A stretch of 64,000 nucleotides of DNA from Tubulanus polymorphus (GCF_964204645.1 NC_134026.1:13700050-13764049), one strand, 5' to 3'; shown: positions 26,552 through 40,771, counted from the stretch's first letter. Program-made: numbers and translations. Notes: generated by a model from the sequence alone, not told the origin.

Positions 26552-27916
26552 TGCATCAAGAATTGGTGTAGGCATCGTGCTGAAAATAAATCCAAGATGG
26601 ATGGCAACCCTGGTGGACACAAGGGGTAGACATTTCACCTACCAAAATTCTTACACCTAGTATCTTGAAAATGCACCAAGAATTGCAGGCCGTTTCGTGC
26701 TAGAAATTCAAGATGGCTGACCTTGCGGCCATATTTGAAGGCCGATGACCTCCATATACAAAAGGCATGGACAGATTGACCCTGATCCTCACACCAAATT
26801 TTCTGATAATCCATCAAGAATTGCGGGCTGCATCGGCAAACAAGAAATTCAACATGGCCACCCCAATGGCAGCCATATTTGATCACCAATGACATTTTTT
26901 TACAATATGGGTGGATATCTCACCAGACCCAATCTTCATGCTAATTTTCAAAAAGATTCATAGCAAATTACAGGCGAATTACTGTGTCGAATTCAATTCA
27001 ATTCCAGAGGTCCTGGCTTAGGCCTATGTAATATGAGTCAATTAAGATTCGACTTTTTGAAAAACCAGCACAGATGCCCATTCAAATCACATGTAATTAA
27101 AAAGTGCTCCTTAGTTTGATGTCCCTGTTTTCATCGCGCATGTGGTTAAAATTATTGTTTACATCGCAAGTCTTCAACAGCTGATACGACCGCACCCGCG
27201 TCTGTCAATCATCTTAATTGATTCACATACTAAAATGCACACTATGAAAAAACTATGCGGTGGATCAATCCGGAATTTTTTAGTAGATGTCAGACAATAG
27301 GTACCTTTCTTTAAAGGTTTAATTGTTGTATGTCATTAACAATCAGTTATACAGTACTTTATTCATAACTTTGAAGCGGCGCACCGGCAGCAAACGCTCA
27401 AGCAAGGTCAGTCACGTAGGCCAACGATAACACGAAACAGACCACGGTTTTGCCGGTTAAGAGCGTCTCTCCACATAAATTAGAGGGACTGTAATGGACC
27501 ATTTGTTGACACTAACCTGTAATAAGCTTCGTATGGATACAATCAAGATAATTCCACCCTATAATTCCACAATTCAACGATCGACATACAACGCGCAGCT
27601 TAAACATGGCGCCGCCATTCAATACGCTAGTCACGATGTATCTCTACACGCATCAAAATCACACTTGAATTACAAGTTTTGACTTAGGACAAACGATCGA
27701 AATCTAGCAAGTTGATTGGGAAAATAGCAGCACAATAGTTTAAAAAAGTTGATAAACCACCTCCGACTGTCTAATCATTTAAAAACTTCGCGTTCACATG
27801 GAACTATTTCCGCCTTATCACAGGTGCACTCTGCCGCCGTGATTCGCCCATTCAACGATAAAAACTTTCCCACGGTCTTACTATCGGCATTTTCTAATAA
27901 TTTAGGGAAATATCTT

Positions 27917-28420
27917 AAATAAATTGCCCATTGGCAAGGTGTGGTTTACCTTGAAAGCTAGAGGTTGTTTGGAGTAAGGGCATTGCTTGAAAAAATCTCT
28001 TTAATTCGTGACTTGAAAGTTCTAGAAATATATATTGTTTTTTATCTTTCTTAAAGAATTATTTTGTAGTCAAATAAGACCAAAGATAAACATCTGTTTA
28101 TGGTCTACGTCCAAAATTTCGTAGGGTACAGGCAGGGGCGGCATTGCGAACTATTTTACATTTTCAAAAAAACATTTTTCACAATATGAAAAAATATTCA
28201 AATAAAATTCATATGGTGTCACATATCAGAGGGTGGCTGAATATTGAGTCTCGAAACCTCTTCCAATGTATGATCGCGGAAGCTAAAACATCGGGTGTAG
28301 TATTAGATCGTTTTAAATCCTGGAATTTACCACTACAATATTCAGACCTCGACCTATATACCTAAAGTTTGCTGCTTAGTATTTTCAGGTCACAAGAAAT
28401 TACAATTTATTACAAATTCT
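27917..28420. repeat. Interspersed repeat family copy 3
   Basis: Highly similar to 9870-10420. Confidence 0.75.
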
Positions 28421-28674
28421 ATGAAACGTTCGCCATAAATGGCTTCCCCATAATTATTTTAGTAGCGCCGGAATTCCCCGTATATCCCAAAAACAGCCAA
28501 TCACATTCGCTCGTAGAGACGACGCCCCCCAATCGAGATCATTGCAATTATAGACACGAGAGCTAAGAATTTTCCCGCCAAAAACAGTTTTTCGTAGAAT
28601 TTTAACTCAGTTGACCATGTCATCGACGGAGGTTCGTCATGTCTTCAAGCGCATCGATTATACGTCATGAAGGT

Positions 28675-30093
28675 AACTAGGGGTCCAGGGACACCATGCC
28701 CACTTGGGAAGTGGTTTCAAATGCTCAACAATCTAACGATTTCAATATTCAATGCCCCCTGGTGACCATATACAAAAACCAATGACCTTGAAACTCACCA
28801 CAATCTTAGAATATGTCAGCAGCTTTGATTTTGTAATTGATTGTAATAACAAAATATGCTTCGTTACCAATTTAATAAGAAAATACTAAGTTATTCTACT
28901 ATTCAACACCCCCTGGTGACCATATGCAAAACCCAATGACCTTGAAACTCAGCACAATCATAGAGCATGTCATGAACTACAACTTTGCAATTGATTGTGA
29001 TAACAAAATAGGCCTATGCGTAGGTACAAATATAATATAGAAATACTAAGTTATTGTATTAATCAACGCCCCTGGTGACCATATGAAAACCCAATGACCT
29101 TGAAACTCACCACAATCATAGAACATGTCATGAACTACAACTTTGAAATTGATCATGGTAACAAAATAGCCCTACGTACCAATCTAATAAGGAAATACTA
29201 AGTTATTCTACTATTCAAGGCCCCCTGGTGACCATATGCAAAACCCAATGACCTTGATGCTCACCACAATCATAGAACATGTCATGAACTACAACTTTGC
29301 AATTGATCATGGTAACAAAATACCCCTAGGTCCCAATATAATAAGGAAATACCAAGTTCTACTATTCAACGCCCCCTGGTGACCATATAGAATATTTTGT
29401 CCTTGAAACTCACCACAATCATAGACGATGTCATGAGCTACAACTTTGCAATTTATTGTGGTAACAAAATATGCATAGGTACAAATATAATATAGAAATA
29501 CTAAGTAATTGTATAAATTCAATGCCCCCTGGTGGCCATATACAAATTATTCAATGCCCCCTGGTGGCCATATACAAAAAGCAATGACCTTGAAACTCAC
29601 CAAAATCATAGAAAACGTTTTTAGCTACAACTTTCCAATACATTGTGGTAACACAATATGCTTAGGTATCAATATAATGTGGAAAAACTTTTTCCCACCT
29701 ACGAATGAGCACCGATGACGCCAAAATGGCTACCAATTGCGCTATAATTGGCTGATCAAAAATATATACAAACAATCAATATAATTGATAAAAGCGTCTT
29801 CAAAATTTCCCTCGAAAACTTCGAAAATGTGTAAAAAGTGCTGATTTTGGCAAACAACAATGGCTGCCAGTCAGCCATCTTGAATCTGACAGGGCCAGTT
29901 TTTGGCCTGAAGATGTGTCTAGGGTAGATACATGTATAAACCAAATATCAAGACATTACCTTGAAGCGTCTTCAAAACTACCCAAAATAACTGGATTCTG
30001 TCTACGGACGGACGAACGCTACAAGGGACGAACGGACGGACGAAAAGTGAATGCAATAGCCCGCTGGAACTAAAGTCCCAAGTGGGCTAAAAA
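28675..30093 (-). mobile_element. Complete HINE (DINE-1/pearl-like Helentron-associated element)
   Basis: Minus strand: T-run, subTIR agcccacttggga with nearby inverted copy, (CGTC)n microsatellite, about 7 tandem ~124-bp units, 3' subTIR tcccaagtgggc, small stem-loop and CTAGTT end. Confidence 0.85.
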
Positions 30094-30104
30094 TGTTCGT
30101 TTCG

Positions 30105-30515
30105 TTTTGAAAGTTTTATGTAGGTCACCTTGTCTATCATGCCACATGTATGCAATTCAGAGAAATGGCAGCCAATGGCGGAATTTGTGGAGAAATTAAT
30201 CAATTTCTAAAACAAAAGTTGATCAATCGCTCAGATCATTCATGAAATTGGATTATTTCGAAAGGTACCTGTGTTAGTTTTGAATTTGGCAACTTATTGT
30301 GGACTGAAGTCAATAGAAAGTATATCTTTGAAGCGTTACTTTTTTCAACCGTGTTTTGGCCCTTGCCCTAACATTGGTATTAAGCTCATTCGATTATAAA
30401 CAGTTTACCACCAACGATTAGGTAACTAACTAGTAGCTTGTGTAAACTAAATAGGCCCAGGCCTATCATAGCGATTTCATACATGACGTCCCCAAATTTG
30501 GTAGCTATTACTATA

Positions 30516-30602
<87 letters not shown>

Positions 30603-31500
30603 CATATATATGTTGTATAATATTGGGTAGGCCTACCAAACTCCGTCAATATAGCTATTTGGGTATAATTTGTTTTAAATATAATAAACGAAGTGGATAT
30701 TTTGCCAATGCGGCATTATTTTAGTAAACGCTATTGTGCCAATGGCTATATATAACAAGATATAGGCCTAGCAGGCCTAATAAACTATAACGATTAACAT
30801 CATTATATTCGCTTTAGGGTTAGGCTTTGACCTTGTTGGCGTGTTAAAAATGATAACATTTATCTTAATCTACGATAAAAACTGGTTGCCATCTTAATTA
30901 TCCATGATTCAACTGTTTTACCCATGATCCAATGCGCACCCCTCGTCTAACTATACTTTACAGAAACGCTCCTATCTCCGTAATGCTTAAATCTACTCTG
31001 CAAATATCGGGACCGCTGACGTCACAGCAATCCCGAAGAGGCATCGCGAATTTTCAAAAATCAATTTTGTTGCCAGTTAAAATCTTTAACGGAGCTAAAA
31101 CAGTGTCAATGTTTCCAAAAAATCATCTACAATTGAAATTATGGGCGCTCTAGTTACCTAATCGTTGGTGGTAAGCTTTTTATAATCAGATGGGCTTATA
31201 GCCTGCCAACGTTAGGGATGACAAGGGCCAAAACACGGTTGAAAAAAGTAACACTTCAAAAATATACTTTCTATTCACTTCAGTCCACAATCAATGGCTT
31301 AAATCAAAAACCAACACAGGTACCTTTCGAAGTAATCCAATTTTACGTATGTTTCGAGCGATTAATCAACACTATTTTGAGAAATTATTTAATTTCTCCA
31401 CAAATTTCGCCATTGACCGCCATTTCTCTGTATTGCATACATGTGGCATGATAGACTAGCTGACCTACAAGGATTTATATAGGCCTAAAACTTTCAAAAC
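30105..31500. mobile_element. Foldback-type non-autonomous element with long inverted arms
   Basis: 30105-30428 is the diverged reverse complement of 31152-31500; the interior is non-coding. True ends and TSD not resolved. Confidence 0.7.
30519..30598. repeat. (TA)n microsatellite
   Basis: About 40 perfect TA units. Confidence 0.98.
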
Positions 31501-32879
31501 AATTTTTATTTTTGATAGTTTTCCAACTTATATTTCAAATGTTCGTGTTTTCCACAATAAATGATGAAAAAATAAATTCTGGTTTAAGAAAATGTGAATA
31601 AGTGTTGATTTCTTAATTTTTCTAATTTCGTCGTTTAGTTTGTTTGTGTTGTGGTCCTGGCCTCAGTCCACAGGTACCAGCACCCTCCACACGTTTTCAC
31701 AATGGCCGCCGTCGAATCGACGGAAATTTACTCTCACTTCACGGCCGATTTGCACATGGATTAAGATCGTCAGGTGAGGTTTTATGGCGATCAAACAAAC
31801 TACGAATCTGTTGTGCGTTGATTACAACAAAAATTAGACGGATATCTTAAGAGACAATGAAATGCCAGGCAAATTACTCGTGAGTCAAATTGACTGATGA
31901 AAATTTCATTGAAAAATGACCTTCCCATTCCTGACTGTGGTGTGTGAAAATATCCGATCGTGAAACTAAACCACAGTCAGTTTACTGACTAACCTTACCC
32001 TAACCCTATCCCTTCCCGTACGAACCAGAGTAATCCGTACGGGTGCGTACGAAGAGCCTACGGAATTATTCGTACGGGTCCATACGAGTAGCCACTTTGT
32101 ATAGTTAAATGATGGGCGCGCGTTGCGTCATGGGTAAATTATTATAAAACATGGTGGATTATCGAAGTAGGAACAACGTATCGCTGGTGAATTATTAAAT
32201 ATTTATCCATTATCAAAGCCCATATTCAAGTGCCTGTGGTTGAAAAGTATAGTAGGCCTAGCCAAGTTCAACTTACATCTTCAAACATAGATCCTACGTT
32301 TGCTGTTATGAGTAACACATTCGTAGTTGCAGGGTCCATTTTTCATTAAGTTCCACAATTATTCGCAAATAAAAATGGCCATATAGCCTTCAAAAATGCG
32401 AAAATGAATGTTTACGGATCTGGCCTACTACTAGGAGCGGGAAAACTTGAACTGTCAAAATCCTTGGCCTTTGCTATTCCCGTTCATGGCGGACAAGTCT
32501 TCACGAGAAGTTGCGGAATCGATCGTGTAAGACTTATACCGCATCAAGCAGCTGCATCAAGTAAAACAATATTCACTACACGAACCGATCAGCGAAATAA
32601 TTTTCAGATTTGGATAAGGCGCTTTTACGAAATTGAAATTACAAAGATTCAGTTTCGTAAAAGCGCCTATAGTGATAGAATGGTGACTCTTTACGATATG
32701 ATTTACATAGAGTTGCATTATAGAATAATTTGAATAGTTATCTGTACTATTCTACTATTATTAGATCACCAATCTCTAATTTTTTCCGTTATTGTACCGA
32801 GGTCAAAACCATAGGTAATGAGCGGAATCGAATCACGAGCAATTCAACAAATTCTGTGACAACGCAGTCTTCGTCAGTT

Positions 32880-35800
32880 CCGATTTCTGAGACAGAGTCT
32901 ATGATACATGGGTCATTCTTCACGCGAGCTATTCATGTCCCGGACAGAGATTTATCATGAATTCAGACAAAGGACCAATTTTTCACGACCGTAGTCGTAG
33001 GATGGTCCACAGATGAATTTTCACAAGATTCACTAATGAAATCTTTAAGAGTGGAGGTACGAGAACTAAAATCACCGCACATCAGGATACTATTGTGGTG
33101 GCTGTACATTACAACATCGTTATAAATTGAATCAAACATATCTATTTGGGAACTTTTATGAATTGGAGAGTTAGCAGGCGGAATATATACCCGCTACATA
33201 CACAAGATACATAGGTTTATTGTCAGTGGACAAGAGGCGCGAGAGCTTGATCCACACATCATACTCAGTACCCTTGATAAATTTTACATGATTTTTAAGG
33301 TTGTTCCTGATTAATACGGAAGTACCAGCGTGATTCCTTGATAATGAGGGGGTGCCCCTATCGACACGGAGGGAGAAAAAACCGCTAAGCGAGATCACTG
33401 TAGACAGATTAGCATGAGTTTAATGTATACATATAATATCGTAAGATTTAGCAATGTTCGCGAGCGGAATTTTGTTTGATCGAATACCGTTTTCATCATT
33501 CGTCATCAAATCATTAACGTTCCAAGAACATATCCTAATTGAATGTATAGCTGACTTTGCGGAATCCATAACCGATATTATAAGATTATGGATAAAAACC
33601 GACGGAAGGTTTACTATATTATTGGTTATGACAGTTGACACTTATTCCTTGCTTAGATCTGCCAATTGAGCGGATCATATTAGACGCTAGGATTGCACTA
33701 CCCTGTTTAAAAGGATGTACCTTATCTCTGAAAAAAATCTCACAGGGAGAAGGCCATTTCTGAAGAAGTTATCATTGTTAAGATATGGAATTCTGGTCTC
33801 ACAATCATTAAGTGACGATCTAACACAATTATCAAAACAGGCAATTTTACCATCCAAATCAATATCTAGATTGGGGATTAGATTAGATATCACTTCAGCC
33901 CCATAATACCGTTTAAAGTTTATAGCAATGTCTACCAAGTCTTAGGCCTAAGCCGTATTTTCGTATATGCTCTCATACGAGCGACATTTTCGCAAATCAT
34001 TCACTCCGCAATGATTGATGATCAGACAGTGGTTGCCATTGTAACGTTTCGCCCAGCTTTCAAGGCTACCCAATGTGGGTGTTTTTATGAAGTCCATTTC
34101 GGCATTGAGGTATTTTGTCAGTCTTCGGAGGTCAATATGATAAGTAGTGATGGAGTCGGAGCGCAGTAGGATTGGAATGTCACTTTTCGTCGAGCTCGGT
34201 TCAAGATCAACACGCTTGTTCTGACGAACGGAGGACAACGGTATGTCATTTTTGGAGCCGCCGGTTGCGGTTGCGATTGCGATTGAACACATTTCATCCG
34301 TTGAACGGTGGTCATCACATCAGTCGACAGTTTTTTGCGAACAGGAGTGAACTGTTCTCCAACGTAATTACCGAGGCAAATAATCTCGTTCCAGTTTTTT
34401 GTTAGCGCAGATCGTTCCACTTTTTTTGTTAGCGCAGATTGAGTCCACGCGATGAAGTTCAATTTGTTGAGCGGTGTTATGCGTATGCGAATCTTGCTGT
34501 AGACTCTCTAAGAAATGTTGTACCGTTTTAGACGAGTCGGACATGCCTGCAGCTATCTTCTTTTGGTTGTTGATTTGTGATAAGATGTTGAAGTCGCTAT
34601 GATTATTGTTCTTATCAATGGAAGCTAAGGATAAGGCATTATCCGATAACAACTGAGTGTTGGATGCTATCTTTGATCGCGATCATCCCTGACAATACCG
34701 TGACAATCGATTCACTATCGAGAACAGGGGTAACTAATTGCGACACAGATGCCTCTACTTCCTTTATAATGGGTGGAAGAGCAGCATCGTCATTGTACTG
34801 ATTATTCCCAGAATACGGACAGGATAGTTTTTTTTTTCGTTTTTTTTTTTGTTATAAAGATGTTTATTCCGAATATTAATATACATTATAATATAAGTTC
34901 CAGTGCCACGGTACAAGTACATTATAGGCAAAATGGTTAAGTTAAACATTTACAAGTTACAAATTTGGCGTAAACCAGACATTAATTTAGAAATGTTACA
35001 CGATGGTTTATATGAAATGGCTAACAGAGCAGGTACTGTACAGTGTAGGTGTCTAATGTTGGAATTGTTGGTAGTTACTAAGAATAAATTTTGAAACATT
35101 TTTTTGCATTTGAGTGACAGGATAGTTCATTGATTACTTTCCGATTCTGATCACTTCCGGCCATTGGTCTGGTATCCGGTGCGACATTTGTTTCGGAGTT
35201 ACAAATGTCGTCGACATGGGACAATAACGATGGAAATTCCTTTGACGACCAGAAATCTAGGTAATTACCTTGAATCGATATATTATGTGTCGTGAGGTAA
35301 ATGCGGATTGTAAATAAGGTTATCTCGTTTGTATTTTCGGCAGTAGAAAGACGTTCAACCTGGACACATATATCCTCGACAATATCCTCTGCGTTTGATG
35401 ATCAGTCCAGCTACAACGAAACATGTCAGACCTTTCGAGGGCCCTGAAGTATCTAGCCATTATTGCACACTATCCACTATCACTAGATGTCTTGAAACAA
35501 ACCATTTTAGCGGATGGTTTGTATAGGTTAATATCCAGTTTTTCGAACAAGGCTTTCGCAATTTTGCCTTTGGATTTGGCTAGATTTATCGGAATGCGGT
35601 AATTCGTGCACATGTCATTTATGTCAGTTATGTCATGCGGATCATAAGATTGTTTTAGGATGTCAAACAAATCGTCTACGACAGGTGCGGAATGGCAGGA
35701 CCATCCAACAGGTATTTGTGGGTCATCGACTAAACGGGCCTCCTTCGGACCCTCATCCTGTTTATCGGATTCAGGTTCAGGTTGAGAACATAGATTGTCA

Positions 35801-35960
35801 TAACTAGTGCCATAATCAAATGGGAGGTCACACGTCGATGAAAAAGACGACGAAGGTTGGATCGCCACTTCCTTGATCAGGATCTTCTTGAAATTTTGCG
35901 TTTTCTCGTCCAGACGGTCTAGCTGAAGAACATCCATTTTCTCTTGTAAGCGCAGGGTCG
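32880..35960 (-). mobile_element. Decayed CR1/L2-group LINE: ORF1 with SGNH-esterase-like domain and start of ORF2 AP endonuclease
   Basis: ORF1 pieces: 35470-35937, LFTIRIYLTTHNISIQGNYLDFWSSKEFP (~35210-35320), IINHCGVNDL (33948-34292). ORF2 APE motifs: ICSWNVN, YDIICIH*T, AGTSVLIR, AGIY, ILMCGDF (33060-33560). Confidence 0.7.
34828..35115 (-). mobile_element. Short 5'-truncated poly(A) retroposon inserted in the LINE ORF1
   Basis: Poly-T tract and tttatt on +; 12-bp direct repeat gacaggatagtt at 34818-29 and 35116-27. Confidence 0.8.
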
Positions 35961-36059
35961 AATTCAGCTGAAAAACATGAAATCGAGGATAAATATGGTA
36001 AGTGATGGGCTAAGTAACAATCACATTAAACCGTGGTTAGGTAAGTGATTGACTTTTGC

Positions 36060-36720
36060 CTAGTTCTTTCTAGCCATTTCTCATTCTCTGCGAGCACTGA
36101 CTACCAGTACTGGGTGCTGGTCATTTCCTCATTTACCGAGGCAGAACAAACATAACGAGATGGGAGCATATGCCTTCTCTCGGTCTCAAAGATTCGTCTG
36201 CCTTGGTCGACGTCCGAGGTATCTAAAGGTGCAGAGTGTTGGTCGATATTTGAGTTGTCTTCGGGTTCGGAATCTTGGGGACAAGGGTCTGCAGCCTGCG
36301 GTTCCTGGCCCTCCGGTTCCACGGCCGGTTCAGGGTCTACACCTTGCTTGACTGGTGTTTGACCCTGGACTGTCAACGGCCCCCTGGTCCACACAGTCTC
36401 CTCATCCGGTTCTGAGTCCGAGGTGTTGTCCTCAAGAACAACCACACGTGGTCTAAAAATATTTGAGGGTTCCTTTGGCGCCGTTTCTTCTTCTGTTGCC
36501 TGGGAAATGGGTTCACTCTATTGGGTGACAAGGTTCCATGACAAGGTTTCATGTCATTAAAGTGGACCACCTTTGGCACTTTCTTCTCTTCTTAAGGCAG
36601 CACCCTGTAGTTAACTTCTGAGAGGCGTTCCGTCACGACAAATGGTCCTTTCCATCGTCGATGGAATTTAGACGCCTCGCCTGACCTCAAGAAGTGACTA
36701 TACAGCCAAACCCTGTCCAA
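36060..36720 (-). mobile_element. Gypsy integrase C-terminal (GPY/F) relic
   Basis: DRVWLY..SKFHRRWKGPFVVTERLSEVNYRV..KVVHFNDMKPC followed by a low-complexity tail. Confidence 0.75.
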
Positions 36721-36836
36721 TAGAGAATATTGGATTTTTAGTTTTATTCTACAATAAAGATAGTAAATCAATGCAACAATCATTGGAAGAAAATCAAATT
36801 ATACCTACTGAATTACATGATGAATATATGAATAAA

Positions 36837-37741
36837 TTAATAAGTAATAAATAAGTTCATTGCATAAGTTACATTTGGTTTAAAGTTATCTAACTTTTTC
36901 AATACGGTAACTATATCATTACTCGAGAAATAATCTTTAAATGTTTTTCTATAGCACCGATAATCTAATATATTCATTTTATTGAATTTTGGATTTATAA
37001 TTAATGGATTCTCTATTACATTATCTGTACCTATATCTTTAATTGAGTATCTATGGTTCAATTGTTTATCGTATATTACATATTCTCTACCTTTTTCACA
37101 CCATGATTTAAATACCTGTATTGCATGGACTGAATCATTTCCACCTTTTGTTTTTAATTCATAATGTTTTGACCAATTAGTCCTTGTTATACATTCATTA
37201 CAGAAGGCGCAATAATTTTGATCTTCTTTGCATTTATCTATATATATATTAGCATATGTTTTTACTAATTGTAAAATATGTTCAGCTTTTTTGATATGAA
37301 ATAAATAATCATTATAATTATCAAAATCTTTTTCACAATACATACATCTAATGATATCTTTTGGTTTAACATTTAATTTTTCTTTTTTATAGTTAGAGGT
37401 AGATTCTGTTACATCTTCTTTGTTTGTTTCAATATTATCTTCTACTTTAGTATCAATATTATCTTCTTTTAGGTTCAACATTATTTTCTATTTAAGTATC
37501 AATATTGTTTTCTATTTTTGTTGCAACATTATCTTTTTTTTGTTTCAATATTATCTTCTATTTTAGATTCAATATTATCTTCTTTTTTAGTTTCAATATT
37601 ATTATCTATTTTACTTATTCTATATTTGAATTGATTAAAGTATTCTCCAAAATACTTACTATATTCATCATAACGTATAACATAATATATATCTGATATC
37701 ATTTCACATGGACTTTGTATTTCATATATTCCTCCTTCCAT
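36837..37741 (-). pseudogene. Zn-finger/peptide-repeat protein, paralog of 51830-53143
   Basis: MEGG.YE..YYVI start, (EDNIETK) repeats, CxxC..H fingers; frameshifted. Confidence 0.75.
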
Positions 37742-37773
37742 TTATTATAGAATTTTTTATTAAAATTAAAATT

Positions 37774-39018
37774 TTAATACATAACACTATTCAATTGAGG
37801 ATTTACAATATTTAATTGCGCGTCAGATATAATATAAATGTGCATTTTGAAATTTAAACTTCCTTTTTCCTTTTTCATGAATAATTGTATTCCATCTTTT
37901 GTGTTTTGTAGTTTTTTCCCAGAAGCATGTAATAAATTATCTTCAGTTGTTCTAAAATCTAACCATAATGCGCATTTATTACTGGTATAATTATCAATTT
38001 GATTAATATTACAATTTTCATATGATTTTACTTTTTCATTCATAAAATGTTTTCTAATTTCTGGCCACTGATCTATCATTCTCATTCCTTGGCAAAGTAT
38101 TTTATTTGCTATACCTTCAATAGTTATTTCTACTTTTGTTATTTCAGGATTATAATAATTATCAACATTTATTGCGCCATTAGAATATGTTGCAATGGTA
38201 AAAAATATTAATATACCTTTAAAAGATCTTCTTGGGAAGTTAATATTCTCATTGATCATTTCATCATTTGCACAATAGTTAGTGTTTTAAATTTATCAAT
38301 ATAATCATATAATAATGAAAATCCTTGATTATATTGAGTTTTAATTATACTTGAAATATTTTCATCAGTAACTGTATCATATTCTAAACATATATTCGAT
38401 AATTTATAACCCATATCTTTAACAACGCTTGATAATACAATTCATTAACAGGAGCAAATGTTATTTCGAATATAATATCTTCTTGTATAGCATATTTATA
38501 TAAGGGCGCATTATTATTTATCAATTCAAAATCTAATGGAATTTTATATTTGCTTCCATAAATCCTTTTTATCAAATTATCTATAGCATTAGTTACTACT
38601 GCATTATTAGCTTCTGATCTTAATTTCTTTTGGTTTTCTGATTGGATGCCTTGAAATATCATATTATTACTATTTTCTTTTGTTTACCATAAATCTTTAT
38701 AATGCATGAATAAATTATAATCATCTAATGAAAATACTGTTTCTGGACCGATCTTTATAGTTAATTTTTTAATCAAATACTTTCCATCATTATCAAAACA
38801 TAATTATCATCATGGCCAGTTACTTTTATATCGGCTGATAAATGAATACTATTTGGAACATAAAAAGTATTTTGATTTAATCTCGGGATTCTAACATATA
38901 AAGTTTCATCAGGATTAATATTTGAAGGATTATGAGTAATTATATAATGAGATCTCTCTGCTTTAATAGCATTAGATATTCTAAAACTCTTAGAAGGATT
39001 TATGTAACTCCCACTCAT
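37774..39018 (-). pseudogene. Major capsid protein pseudogene
   Basis: Three ORF fragments closely matching 53176-54423. Confidence 0.85.
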
Positions 39019-39038
39019 TTATTTAAGAGAAAAATTAA

Positions 39039-40756
39039 TTACTTATTTTTTATCATATTCACTAATCCAAAAATAATTGCACTTACAACTGTAATTAAAA
39101 ATAAGATAATATGTTTAGCGGCAAAGTGAATAATATTTTCAGTATATCTCAATATAAAACCAACAACTGATGCTATAACTCCGGGCAAAGCAGCAGCAGA
39201 TTTTTTAGATAGTTCCCATAGATATTTTGCTAATTTTTATAAACCATCTTTAACTTTATCCTGTATAGAATTATTATTATTCGGTGGTTTATCCGGTTTA
39301 TTAGGAGTAGGTGTAGATTTCAGTGAATTTGACATAGCTAAACCAATTGTTGTAAATACCATATTTACAGCTGTTAGAATTGAAAGAATTGTGATACCTT
39401 CTAGTTTAAATAATAATCTTATTCTATCTTTAAATGATATTTTAGAATCTGATTTTATCAATAAATCTTTAAAAATAACTTTTTTAATTTTTTAATATGA
39501 TTAAGATCAAATGATTTTAATAATATATCTCTTTCTTTTTCCTGTAATTCTTTGTTATATTTTAAATCATCACTTTCTTTTTCTAAAGCTAACTTTCTGC
39601 TTTCATAATCAGCTTCCCCAATTAATTGAAGATTTTTATCTAGTTCTAATTATTTTATTTCTTCATATGCATTAGTTAATTCTTTTTCTAACATGGTTAT
39701 TTCAGAAAATCTCATCTTAATATAAGCAATTTCACCAGCTGATTCTTGCATACCTTTAATTTCTCTACGTGCTTGTTCGGGAAATATTTTTAATTCTTCT
39801 TCATTTAAATCAAGTAATCCTTTTTTTAATAAAGATTGCATTCGATTTATTCCAGTTCCAGTACCAGGTGTATCTAAAGTACTATTCATCTCTTCTTCTG
39901 AATCTCTTAATCTATCAATTTGTTTTTCTAATACTAATTGTAATTGACTTGAATCATTATCAATTGGTTGAATGTCTCTTCTCGATGTTTCTGGTGTTGA
40001 AGTTCTTAATTTATCTAATCGATCTCCATACTCTTCCATTTCTGGATCAACATAAGTAGGATTTAGATTTGGATTTTTAAATGGTGATTATTTGTTAATA
40101 TCAATACCAACATTTGGTTCTTCTTCATTTATTCTATCGAGTGCATTCCATATAATTCTGAGAAATTTTAAACCACCTTTTGAACGTTCAATTGTAGATT
40201 TTGCTCGCATTTCAGGATGGTACAGATCTTCTTGTCCCATTTAAGATAATTGAATTGATCCAGTTTTGTTATTTAATTCAACATTATAATACCATGAATC
40301 ATTTTTTAAATTCTAAATTAAAATGAAATGAAGATCATCTTCTCTAATTTGTTCTGAAATATCTTCTGGTTCAATGTTATCTGTTACATTTTTTGGCAGT
40401 AATTCTTCAATAACTGTTTTTGTTACACTATTTTTTATGTATAATAATTCTTTTTTCAATTTAGGGTTGTCTGTTCTTTCTAATCTATTAATTAAATCTT
40501 TTCTTTCTGGTCTAGTTTTAATTATTATCTCATCGCGGGTTCCTAAATAATCTATTGATTTTTCACTTGTTTCAGTATCATCTTTAAATTCATCATAATC
40601 ATATAATATAGGCCCACTAGAATCATCTTCAACTAAATTAGTATTATATGCTGCTCCATCATCATTATCAATATTAGTTTCATTAAAATCAGGTTGTGGT
40701 TCATCACTTATACCAGGGGCGTCACCAAAAGTATCTATTGGAATATCTTCTTCCAT
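39039..40756 (-). pseudogene. Paralog of the 560-aa coiled-coil/membrane protein
   Basis: Fragments match 54445-56127 (EGITILSILTAV, QARREIKGMQES). Confidence 0.85.
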
Positions 40757-40771
40757 TTATATAATAAAAAA

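Noticed and set aside
28740-29620. 124-bp arrays as CRISPR or coding repeats
   Set aside because: Whole units repeat, ORFs are short and inconsistent, and the arrays are internal to HINEs.
31989-32012. Telomere-like ctaaccttaccctaacccta
   Set aside because: Only about three degenerate units; common inside non-autonomous DNA transposons.
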